Origin: Eledone cirrhosa
Taxonomy: Eukaryota
Assembly: GCA_964016885.1 (NCBI GenBank)
Contig: OZ024741.1
Location: forward strand, 305,846,001-305,910,000
Direction of reading: 5' to 3'
Length of the DNA: 64,000 nt
Shown: positions 1 through 10,501 of the stretch, piece by piece
Numbering within the stretch: the stretch's first letter is position 1
How the letters are laid out: every line of letters begins with the position of its first letter
Program-made: the position numbers and the translations under genes
Notes under the pieces: generated by a model
Databases searched by the model: none
Seen by the model: only the letters and a program-made list of their open reading frames with translations
Told to the model about the DNA's origin: nothing

Positions 1-66
<66 letters not shown>

Positions 67-110
67 TATATATGTATATATATATAAATATATATATATA
101 CAAATATATA

Positions 111-785
111 TCTGTATATATATATAAAGACGAAGTTTTCTGTATGTGTGTGTGTGGACAATTTTTAATGAGGGCTCATATATTCTAAACCATTCATACG
201 ATTTCTTTGAAATTTTTTACAGAGCTTCTCCTTGCACAAAACCTGTACAAAAGCTTTCAAAAATCCATATTGGGGCCTTTGGTGACATTAAAAAAGTTTC
301 GGTTATTTGTGTGAATTTTCGTGATTAAGTAAGACAAGAGTTATCTTTCGTAATTCGGCTCATTTAGATTTTAATTTACTCTTTGTACTTGAAATAAAAG
401 GTACGCTTCCTTGAGACTAACAATATCATTTTGTATATTTCACAACCAGCAATTTTTACCAGATTACTAAGTTAAGTTATAGATTTGACATTGTATAATT
501 TATCGTTTCAAGCTTGTTCATACATTAAGTGATGTCATAACTTTTACAATATTATGCTTTGTACATAATAGTGTCTATTATTCACTTCACATCTCTATTC
601 CATGATGCGCTTTTATTGTTGTCAAAAAAGACACCGAGCTCACATATTAATTATTTCGCTGGAATAGTGCCTAAGGTTTTACATAAAGAACGTTTTTCCT
701 ATATGTATTTAAATTTACTTTGTTTAGTTTAATGAGCTACATCGAAAGCTACTTGAACCGTCCAAAGGACGGGTAGTTTAGCTAG
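111..785 (+). mobile_element. Non-autonomous Helitron
   Basis: 5' TCTGTATATATATATAAAG at 111. 3' hairpin CCGTCC-AAA-GGACGG (758-772), then CTAG (782-785). Sits between A110 and T786. No coding capacity. Confidence 0.75.
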
Positions 786-1144
<359 letters not shown>

Positions 1145-1190
1145 TATATATATATAAAAATATATATAAATATATATATATATAAATATA

Positions 1191-1633
1191 TATTATTCAA
1201 AATATTAACAAATGAAAAATATTCTCATAATCAAAATATATACTTTATTATATATATTTCAGAGGTACTGTGTTGTTTTTTTCAGTACGTCCTCATCAGA
1301 CAAAATATATGATTTGATATATGACCTAACGCTACGGTCTTGATTGTTCAATTCCAGTATTGGCAGTCAATTGGAATTGAACAATCAAGACCGTAGCGGT
1401 ATGTCATATCTCAAATCATATATTTTATCTGACGAGGACGTACTGAAAAAACAACACAGTACCTCTAAAATATATAATAAAGAAGTAAATTTTGATTATG
1501 AGAATATTTTTCATTTGTTAAAATTTTGAATAATATTAAAAAATTCTAGGAAAGCTTTTTTTCCCGTTGACTGCTTCTAATCTATTGTAAAATTGTATTC
1601 ATTGAGTATTCAACGAACCATACTAATCTTTGG

Positions 1634-1636
<3 letters not shown>
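1191..1636. mobile_element. Fold-back PLE pseudo-LTR remnant (arms ~1191-1353 and ~1369-1535, plus tail)
   Basis: Inverted repeat centred near 1361, flanked by (TA)n, with a hammerhead motif in each arm. Related to 30180-30312. Confidence 0.75.
1241..1307 (-). ncRNA. Type I hammerhead ribozyme (minimal palindromic stem III)
   Basis: Minus strand: TATTTTGT-CTGATGA-GGACGTACTG..CAGTACCTCT-GAAA-TATATA-TA-ATAAAGTA. The mirror copy at 1421-1486 has GAAA changed to AAAA. Confidence 0.75.
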
Positions 1637-1672
<36 letters not shown>

Positions 1673-1923
1673 TATATATATAAATATATATAAATATACA
1701 TATAAATTATTCCTGCTCTGTAAAACACCTGATGTTCTTACATTGAGCTATTTCTCTTACTGGTAATAAGGTTGTAAGAAATTACTGACCTTTCCTGTTT
1801 ATAGTTGTTGATAGTATATACATAACTATAAATTGTATCATTATTATTATTATAAATATACACATATATATAAATATATATATATATAGATATATATATA
1901 TAAATATATATATATGCATATAT

Positions 1924-2572
1924 ATATAAGTATGTATACGTACATACATATATGTATACAGACGTACAGTAGTATGTATATATATATACATACATGCACA
2001 CATATATATATGTACGTATGGATTCACCGAACATTTATTATAATGCTCGGTGTGTTTGTAAACAAACATCCCGAATTAAGCCGTACAGTGTCTAGCAACG
2101 ATCGTTATTCATTTGTTCAACACTGACAAAGAAACGCTGTACTAGTTTCAAGCTTATTAGCTATCGTCAGCAACGTATACCTTCCCGCCAGATGGTTGAA
2201 CGTCTGAAAGTATATACTTTACTTATGCATATTAACGGCTGAGCAGCCTAATTTGCATATCGAGTGAGTTAATCGGCTGGGGTACCGAAAACGATAAACG
2301 GAAAAAATGAAACGAAATTTCATTTCTCACTCTTAGTACGGCTGTTACTTAAATATAAGTATGTATACGTACATACATATATGTATACAGACGTACAGTA
2401 GTATGTATATATATATACATACATGCACACATATATATATGTACGTATGGATTCACCGAATCGCTCGGTGTGTTTGTAAACAAACATCCCGAATTAAGCC
2501 GTACAGTGTCTAGCAACCATCGTTGCTCATTTGTTCAACACTGACAAAGGAACGCTGTACTAATTTCAAGCT
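1924..2572 (-). repeat. ~1.5 tandem units (429-bp period) of a hammerhead-containing repeat (retrozyme-like)
   Basis: Sequence at 1928 recurs at 2357. Homologous to the 466-bp array at 27553-29284. Octamer ATTTGCAT at 2251-2258. Confidence 0.85.
2134..2176 (-). ncRNA. Minimal type I hammerhead ribozyme
   Basis: Minus: ACGTTG-CTGACGA-TAGCT-AATA-AGCTT-GAAA-CTAG-TA-CAGCGT. Confidence 0.85.
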
Positions 2573-3346
2573 TTCCATAAGCATTCTATGTGATTCGTTG
2601 TGGCAAATGTTACTGGATCAACAAAATTGATCGAATGGTTTACCGTCAAATGTTGATAGCCTAGCTGATCGATCGTATTATAGGAACGTCATAGATCAGA
2701 TATTATGGTTGTCCCTGGCAATATACGATCCTGTATAATGTTTAAAAGTGTCTCCGCTGTCCTGTCTTCTACTGCTACTAAAATACATCTTCTGGTACCT
2801 CTTTCCAAAGCACCAAAAACCCACTGTGTTTTCACAGAATGGCCACGATGGTATTTCCTTCTCACGAATGCGCTTTCATCAATCTCGACAATTCGGTTTG
2901 GCCCGCCAAGCTTAATGTTTTGTGCCACATAGTACTCTGCACATACATCACGGCAAAAATTTCGCCAATCTGCTACGGCCACATTCGCGATACGACATTC
3001 CTCTGAAATCTTCTTTTGCCCAAAAATATAATATATCAACTATTTTTTCACTCTTCAAATTGCTATTTTCTAAAAATGTGCCTTTTCTAATAGAAACCTG
3101 TTTTCTACATGGTCTTTTACATGACCAGATAATCCCATCTGACACATTTTGTTTCGCTACTTCCAACATACGTTGACCACATGAAGGGCAGACCTTTTGT
3201 GTATTCAGAAGTCCTTGAATTTTCAGCCAATTGACGGTATCTGCTATAGTAGCGGTAGCGATGGAAAGATGGCGATGGTTAATTCCCTTAACACTTGGAT
3301 ATATTATAGAAGTCATTTTTAAACTTGCAGATACGTGTATTATCAC
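2570..3346 (-). pseudogene. Merlin / IS1595 (ISXO2)-like DDE transposase, frameshifted and 3'-truncated
   Basis: N-terminal CPSCG..WSC zinc ribbon in ORF 2948-3346. VEIDES..RKYHRG..WVFGALERGT..PGTTIISD in ORF 2689-3039. Past the TGA it reads on as RSY..HLTVNHSINFVDP..TNHIECLWK. Confidence 0.9.
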
Positions 3347-3713
3347 AAAGTGAAGATTAAAGTTTATTTATTTACACGTGGTGTTGGTGGTGTTGGTGAT
3401 GATTGTTGCTGATTGGTGGGGATTGTCTCCATGGGGACTGTCGCTTGTCTCCATGGGCACTGTATCCATGCTTTTGAATAAGGTTGGTGAAAATAATTTG
3501 TTTTCTAAACATTTCTTCATAAATATATAGGGTTGGTGAAAAAATTTGATAACTATAATTTGGCCCTTTTAAGGGCCACCTATATTTCAATTAAGTTAAC
3601 TCCACTGTTGGTGAAAATGACTTGTTTTTTATATTGATAACCATAACTATGAAAATATGTGACGTCATTCGTCAACCTTCCCCTACTTTCACTTCTGACA
3701 GCTAATACCATGA

Positions 3714-5103
3714 ACTGTATTTTTACAAATGGTGTTTTCGACGGACCAACTCCTAAACAAGAAAGACGAACTGGTAACTGCATGCAAACACAGATTGCGT
3801 AGGACTTACCTCGCCCTCAAACCCCATAATGACCCGGGGAAGGGGGCGGGGGGCAGGTAGACAAGGGCTGTAACGCCCCACTTGCCGACTTTGTAATGGG
3901 TAACCCCTGCTTGCAAAGGTAGACGTAAGATCTTCTTTTATATCTTTTTATCGTTTCCTCTATATTTCCTTCTTCCCCCATCCCTTCCTAGTCCTTCCAC
4001 CCCAGTCCTCCTTCTTTGTCGTCGTCCTTTTCACTTTCTCGCCCACCTAAGGCAGCCCCTCGGTCCTTTGTAGCCTCAGTACCCCCACCCCCATCCCCTA
4101 TTCTATGATAGAATTGGCCGACTCCGCTTTTTATAGCAGATGTGATAGACCCCAGATACTTGCTTTCTTATCCGATGGCTGCCCCATTTCCGTGCTTTCT
4201 ACATTTCTTAGTGGTATCTCTGCTTTAATTTCTCGTATATCAGTATTTTTTTTTGGTGGGGTGGGGTGGGAGGATTCTGAATTAATTTTCCGTATCAAAT
4301 TTTTCATATACTTCGTACGAGCATTTATGTAGTTTGCACTAGAATTTTTGTATCGTAGCGGCACCCTTAGAGAAAGTATTAGTATTCATTTTCGGGATTC
4401 TGAATTATTATTTCGTATTAGTTTATTTTTTGCACTGGGTGGTTGCTGGCCTTGTGCCTAGGGTAGAAACAATTATTTCGTATTAGTTTCGGGTCTCTGA
4501 ATTATTATTTCGTGGTAGTTTCTTTAGTTTTTTGGCCCCCCACTTGTTGACCTGTCACCGTAAGATATACTCGGTTGATTACTACTAACTCTTAAAATGG
4601 TTTCATTACAATTCCGTCCCACCTAGTAAACTTTTCTATAGTTTAGCAGTACCAGTGAGAGACTTGATGACTGTCGTTAGGGAATAGTAATCAGAAATTG
4701 TTTTTTTAATATTTTTAACATTCTTGGTTTCCTTCTATATATTTACTCCATATTGATTTACTTATTGTTTCGACTTCCTCCCCCTCCCCCTCCCTAGTAT
4801 ACTTGCTTGACCTCCTGCCCTGCTGTAGTTGGGACTATCAACGCACAACTGGGTTTCCTCCACTCCCTCTCCCTCTTTCTTCTACTGGCAGGTTCAGCTA
4901 CCCCTTCCTTCCACAAATTGCCATGATAGAATTATGTGTCTCAACAACAAACTTTTGACCAATCCTTGTGACAATCACTTTTACCATATATGGAATTACC
5001 CCCTGAGAAGCTCGGCTATTCATATAACAGGATAAAAATGTTCATTTAGTTCAGAATTAGCCGTCGAAACGGCTTGAGCTCAGCCGTCGGGGTCCTACTC
5101 GTT

Positions 5104-5105
<2 letters not shown>
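3714..5105 (+). mobile_element. 3' fragment of a Hydra-type PLE: end of GIY-YIG domain, long 3' UTR, terminal hammerhead
   Basis: The frame at 3750 reads LLNKKDELVTACKHR, matching the LNxRxELxxxCxH end of the other endonucleases in the window. Ends in a hammerhead fold at 4996-5093, then (TA)n. Confidence 0.6.
4996..5093 (+). ncRNA. Type I hammerhead with variant core (CUGAGAA)
   Basis: ACCCC-CTGAGAA-G..CGGCTA..TAGCCG.C-GAA-ACGGCT-TGAGCTC-AGCCGT-C-GGGGT. All three stems pair and the cleavage triplet is GUC. Confidence 0.7.
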
Positions 5106-5136
<31 letters not shown>

Positions 5137-5288
5137 TAATATATATACAAATATATATATATATATATATATAGAAATATATATAGAAATGTATATATAT
5201 ATATACAAATATATATACAAATATATATATACAAATACATATACAAATATATATATATATACAAACATATATACAAATATATATCTGT

Positions 5289-5438
5289 GGATTATCTGTT
5301 ACAAACACACTCAGGGCGAAACAGATTAATCCCTAATCTGTCCGAGAGATATAATTGTTATTGAGGGGTTAGATACAATAAGAGGGTAGAAAGTCTAAGT
5401 ATATGCAGTTTGTCAGGTGGTAGTAAGAGGTTAAGGGT

Positions 5439-5440
<2 letters not shown>
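5289..5440 (+). repeat. 5'-truncated copy of the hammerhead-bearing family at 56845-56940
   Basis: GGGC-GAAA-CAGATTA-ATCCC-TAATCTG-TC-CGAGAGA. The CTGATGA half is missing. Confidence 0.7.
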
Positions 5441-5471
<31 letters not shown>

Positions 5472-5711
5472 TGAAGTGGTTACACAACACTTGGTTCACC
5501 ATACCGGGAACAATTGTTTCACCTTAGCGGATCCTTAGCTCGTAATGGACATGGTTATACGGAACAGGAAGGACAACGGTACGAACGCGCATGCACAGAA
5601 ACGATCACTTCACACAGGCAATACTAAAATGCGTGCGAGAGGTGTAAGGGAGATAACTGTGAAAGACCGAAAAGTTTCTAGTTGATAAGAAAATGAGGAT
5701 GTTGTTGTAAT

Positions 5712-6125
5712 TCAATCCGGAGCTTTGTAGTTACGTAAGAGGTGTTTCGAGAAATGTAGACAACGTGTGAAGAATTCATTTCTCGTGTTTAGGCAATCGC
5801 TATTGCATAATCTCTTTAGAATATTTATTCGTTCATCAATACATAGTCCACACGACGGATTTCCCCTTGCGTATGACTTGGACTTAGTGATGGCTTTCCA
5901 TTGAATGGCGTAGTCTATACTTGAGTCCTTGAGGGACCATACGTGACTCACGAGTTTCGTGGATGAACGTCTGTCCGGGTACCTAAAGGTCGACTGGTGG
6001 TTCAGGAAGCGTTCCTTAAATCGGCCCTCCGCCATACCCACATAGGATTTGACCTCCCGTGGTTGATTTGGTCGGTTGGAAGTGACCACAGCTTCATAAA
6101 TTACAGCGGGTGTGTTGCATTGCTG
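5712..6125 (-). pseudogene. GIY-YIG endonuclease domain of a Hydra-type PLE
   Basis: YVGMAEGRFKERFLNHQSTF..STKLVSHVWSLK..IQW..CGLCIDE..LNTRNEFFTRCLH. Confidence 0.85.
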
Positions 6126-6408
6126 TTGAAGGGGACAAGCTTCGGGCTTAGCGATTGCCTAAACACGAGAAATGAATTCTTCACACGTTGTCCACACCTC
6201 CCGAAACACCTCTTACGTAACTACAAAGCTCCGGATTGAATTACAACAACATCCTCATTTTCTTATCAACTAGAAACTTTTCGGTCTTTCGCAGTTATCT
6301 CCCTTACACCTCTCGCACGCATTTTAGTATTGCCTGTGTGAAGTGATCGTATCTGCGCATGCGCGTTCGTACCGTTGTCCTTCCTGTTCCGTATTGCCAT
6401 GTCCATTA

Positions 6409-6446
6409 CGAGCTGAGGATCCGCTAAGGTGAAACAATTGTTCTCG
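6409..6446 (+). ncRNA. Minimal type I hammerhead ribozyme
   Basis: CGAG-CTGAGGA-TCCGCTAAGGT-GAAA-CAATTG-TT-CTCG. The mirror copy near 5505-5542 has CTAAGGA. Confidence 0.7.
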
Positions 6447-6541
6447 GTATGGTGAACTAACTGTGGTGTAACAACTTCTACCTAACTCGTCACATGGACT
6501 GATTGCTCTACCATTACGGATATTACCTTCCAGTGTTCTAC

Positions 6542-6599
<58 letters not shown>

Positions 6600-6638
6600 G
6601 ATATTAATAAATGGAAACTATATTTATAAAACCATATT

Positions 6639-6703
6639 TATTTCATTATACATATTTCAGGGATACCAAATTAAATTATGGTATGCCTTCATCAGACAAA
6701 ATA
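6639..6703 (-). ncRNA. Type I hammerhead ribozyme
   Basis: Minus: TATTTTGT-CTGATGA-AGGCATACCA..TGGTATCCCT-GAAA-TATGTA-TA-ATGAAATA. Confidence 0.8.
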
Positions 6704-6959
6704 CAATATATAACAGTTTTACAAATAAGCTTTGACGTACCCTATTAAAATGCGACCATTATTTTTGGAAGCCATCCGGATAGTGAGTTGTTTATATTAT
6801 TTTAAAAGTCTTAGTGTTAAGGACAATTAGAAAAAGACGGAGAGAAAAAAAGACGGAGAGAGAGAAAAAAGAAAAAGAAAAAAACGTGAAGAAATATCGG
6901 AGAGAGAGAAATGCATGGAGAAAAAAGGAAGAGATAAATAAAGACAGGAGGAACGAAAG

Positions 6960-7207
6960 AGAAAAGAAAAAAGAAATGAAAAAAGAAAAAAGAAAAAAGA
7001 AAAAAGAAAAAAGAAAAAAGAAAAAAGAAAAAAGAAAAAAGAAAAAAAGAAAAAGAAAAAAGAAAAAAAAAAGAAAAAAAGAAAAAAGAAAAAAGAAAAA
7101 AGAAAAAAGAAAAAAGAAAAAAGAAAAAAGAAAAAAGAAAAAAGAAAAAAGAAAAAAGAAAAAAGAAAAAAGAAAAAAGAAAAAAGAAAAAAGAAAAAAG
7201 AAAAAAG
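6960..7207. repeat. (GAAAAAA)n-type purine expansion inside the inverted pseudo-LTR
   Basis: Tract is much longer here than in the sister copies at ~9475-9540 and ~33110-33135. Confidence 0.9.
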
Positions 7208-7549
7208 GAAGTAATAAGAAAAACAGAGGAAAGCAACAGAGAGATATCAAATCATCAGACAGATAGAAAAGCTCAAGAGAGAGAAATAATATATAGAGAG
7301 AGGGGGAGATAATGAAAACTTTACGTCATGTCATATTAAGTTGAGTTAACAATTTATATGAAATGAATAATAAAAATATAAATATTAATATTCATGAATG
7401 GGACATAAATATATAATATGAGAAATTAAACATTGTTTAATAATGATTATATGTTTAGTTTAAAAATTGAGATCAATATACTAAAATTTGAGTTTAAGCA
7501 TCCAAAATGTACACATTGCTAGAGAAACCACTATCTTACGGCAAAGATA

Positions 7550-8003
7550 CACAAGCAATATTCAATTGAATAACTGTAACTGTAGAAATAAATCTAACTG
7601 TCCGTTAAATAACAACTGCTTAGCTAAAAATGTAGTGTACAATTGTAATGTTAAAACTAATTTAAATTCATTTAACTATGTTGGTTCTACCTCTACAGAA
7701 TTTAAATTTCGCTTCAATAATCATAAAAATTCTTTCACAGATCCAAACAAAAAATCTTCAACTTCGCTATCTAGCCTACTATGGGACCTAAAACGAGATA
7801 ATGTTAAATATTCGATGACTTGGAATATTATTTCAGAAGCTACTCCTTTTAACTCCTCTTCAGAAAATTGTGATCTTTGTATTGAAGAAATATTCTTTAT
7901 ATTAAAGTCCAAAAATTCCCTTAATTTAAGGAACAATTTATTCAGTTGCTGCAGACATAGATTGAACTCAACGTTTAAATATAAATATAAATTTAAAATG
8001 TAG
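7550..8003 (+). pseudogene. PLE Zn-knuckle linker plus GIY-YIG endonuclease
   Basis: CNCRNKSNCPLNNNCLAKNVVY..YVGSTSTEFKFRFNNHK..CDLCIEE..LNLRNNLFSCCRH. Confidence 0.9.
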
Positions 8004-9243
8004 TATAATTAATTAAGTAACTTAGTTAATATATGAAACCTGTCGATAAATCATTAGATTCCTTCACCTTTTTCTTTTCAAACTGTCTTCCTAAATATAA
8101 ACATAGATATAATAAACTACTCTAAAATGTCTATACTTCCAATGTCTTAAATAAATTATACGTAAGATAAATTTCTATACTAAATATAAGGATATCTGTA
8201 GAATCCTTGGGATTTTTAAATCTTTTAAATTTTTAAATTCTTAAATTTTTAAAACTTTTTTTAAATTTTTTAAATTTTTAAATTTTTAAATTTTTAAATT
8301 TTTAAATTTTTAAATTTTTAAATTATATTGATATAATATTTATTTAACTCTTATTTTTATTTTTATTTTTATTTATTTTTATTAGTTTTGTTTTGATTCT
8401 GATAGCTTCTCATAATTTTCATAAGTCTACCCTTTCAATATCTAGATTGGAATATACGTAGGATAAATTCTATACTAAATATATGAAACATATTATTTTA
8501 ACTTAAGATACTCTATAGTGTTTTAAACATATTTAATGCTTTGATATTTTTAGAATTCGTTTGTCCTTTTGACTATACTGATATAATTATATTTCCAAAA
8601 TATAATCCTGTGGTATTTTAAATTTATATCGTTATAATTATATTTCCAAAGTATAATCCTTAGTAATATATTGATATTTGATTATCTCTATACAAATGTG
8701 TATGTGTATTAACATGCATTTAAAAGTGTTATAGGTTTTTTATGATTGTATATATGTCTATGTATACATGAGCGATGCGGGAAGACGCACGCAAATGTTT
8801 ATTTATACATATATGTGTATATATATATATGTATATCTCTCTGTGTGGGTGAGAGATATGTTGCTTAACCACGCAGGTTTGATTGCAGATATGCATAATT
8901 TTGGCAGAATGTTAAATGCATGAATGGTAATCGTATATATGAAGACAGGAATGTTAATCGTATATATTTATGTATATGTACTCTGAACTTTTTTATAACA
9001 CAAGGAATGTATAGCAGTGATTAAGAGAAATCGTCTGCGTTTTATATGTCTATATTGTTGACTTGAGTAAATATATTTTCAGGACGTGCGTATATATATA
9101 TATATATATATTTGTGTGTCTTTGCCTAAGATACTGATTTCTCTAGCATTTTGGTTGATTAAACCCAAATTTTGGTATATTTATCTCAAGTTTTTAAACT
9201 AAACATGTAGTCATTATTGAACAATGTTTAATTTCTCATATTA

Positions 9244-9291
9244 CTCTTTTACCTGTTTCAGCCATCCGGCTGAGGCCATGCTGGGGCACCG
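9244..9291 (-). mobile_element. Short SINE-end-like insertion in the PLE UTR
   Basis: CTCTTTTACCTGTTTCAGCCATCCGGCTGAGGCCATGCTGGGGCACCG is absent from the sister UTR copies. It resembles an abundant octopus SINE terminus (from memory, unverified). Confidence 0.45.
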
Positions 9292-9786
9292 ATATTAATA
9301 TTTATATTTTTATTATTCATTTCATATAAATTGTTAACCCAACTTAATATGACATGACGTAAAATTTTCATTATTTCCCGCTCTCTCTATATAATATTTC
9401 TCTCGCTTGAGTTTTCCTATCTGTCTGATAACTTAATATCCCTCTGTTGTTTTCCTCTGTTTTTCTTATTTCTTCTTTCTTTCTTTTTTTCTTTTTTTCT
9501 TTTTTTCTTTTTTTCTTTTTTTCTTTTTTTCTTTTTTTCTTTCCTCCTGTCTTTATTTATCTCTTTCTTTTTTCTCCATGCATCTCTCTCTCTCAGATAC
9601 TTCTCCACGTTTTTTTTTCTTTCTCTCTCTCCGTCTTTTTCTTTCTCACCGTCTTTTTCTAATTGTCCTTAACACTATGACTTATTAAAATAATATAAAC
9701 AACTCACTATCCGGATGGCTTCCAAAAATAATGGTTGCATTTTAATAGGGTACGTCAAAGCTTATTTGTAAAACTGTTATATATTG

Positions 9787-9851
9787 TATTTTGTCTGATG
9801 AAGGCATACCATAATTTAATTTGGTATCCCTGAAATATGTATAATGAAATA
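9787..9851 (+). ncRNA. Type I hammerhead ribozyme
   Basis: TATTTTGT-CTGATGA-AGGCATACCA..TGGTATCCCT-GAAA-TATGTA-TA-ATGAAATA. Confidence 0.8.
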
Positions 9852-9890
9852 AATATGGTTTTATAAATATAGTTTCCATTTATTAATATC

Positions 9891-9954
<64 letters not shown>

Positions 9955-10174
9955 CGTTTCTGAATTTGTTTAGCAAGATTCTTTATCTGAAATCGTGTGT
10001 TGAAACCGATATTGTTATACTTTGGGAGGGTCATGTTGCCAATAAGAAACACACGCACCAGTTGCTTTCACTTCAATTTATTATATATCTATAAATTTAT
10101 AAATTTACAAATTTACAAACTTATAAATTTCTGGTTGGTTGGTTGGTTCCACAACCAGATAGTTGTTTATATAT

Positions 10175-10219
10175 AGTCATAGTCCTTTCGTCACACACTC
10201 TGTGACCTCTTCAGTGACT
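10175..10219 (-). ncRNA. Minimal type I hammerhead ribozyme
   Basis: Minus: AGTCA-CTGAAGA-G-GTCACA-GAGTG-TGTGAC-GAAA-GGAC-TA-TGACT. The mirror copy at 14247-14291 has GAAA changed to AAAA. Confidence 0.75.
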
Positions 10220-10501
10220 GGGGATTCCTTTCCTTTGTTTCTGTGCCTTTCCTTTCTTCTATCCAACGCCATTTTGTTTCTATGTGTGTGTTGTGTGCTC
10301 AGTTTGCGCATGCGCCACATCCGGGTGTCTGTGTGTGTTTGTGTTCATTTATCTATTTGTTTATTTATTTATTTATTTATTGTTGGTTGGTAGTTTGTTC
10401 TATGTGTGTGTGTGTTTTCATTTTGTCCTGTGTGTGTTTTCATTTTGTCCTTAATTGTAAGTTGTTTGTTCTATGTGTGTGTGTGTGTTTTCATTTTGTC
10501 C

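Larger units (their letters stand above)
5472..6546. mobile_element. PLE fragment: GIY-YIG remnant (minus) with inverted pseudo-LTR (5472-5800 vs 6150-6480) and tail
   Basis: Inverted repeat of ~330 bp starting inside the endonuclease C-terminus (SDCLNTRNEFFTRC in both orientations). (TA)n on both sides. Confidence 0.9.
6598..9891 (+). mobile_element. 5'-truncated Hydra-type PLE with inverted pseudo-LTR (6598-7527 mirrors ~9130-9891)
   Basis: GIY-YIG remnant at 7550-8003, then a 1.9-kb 3' UTR. Near-identical family to 32765-36510. Hammerheads at 6639-6703 (-) and 9787-9851 (+). Confidence 0.9.

Noticed and set aside
2570-3346. Bacterial IS1595 contamination or horizontal transfer
   Set aside because: Merlin elements are the established eukaryotic relatives, and this copy is embedded in host-type repeats.
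6792-7266. Lys/Glu-rich and Phe-rich ORFs
   Set aside because: Product of a (GAAAAAA)n expansion in a non-coding UTR copy.
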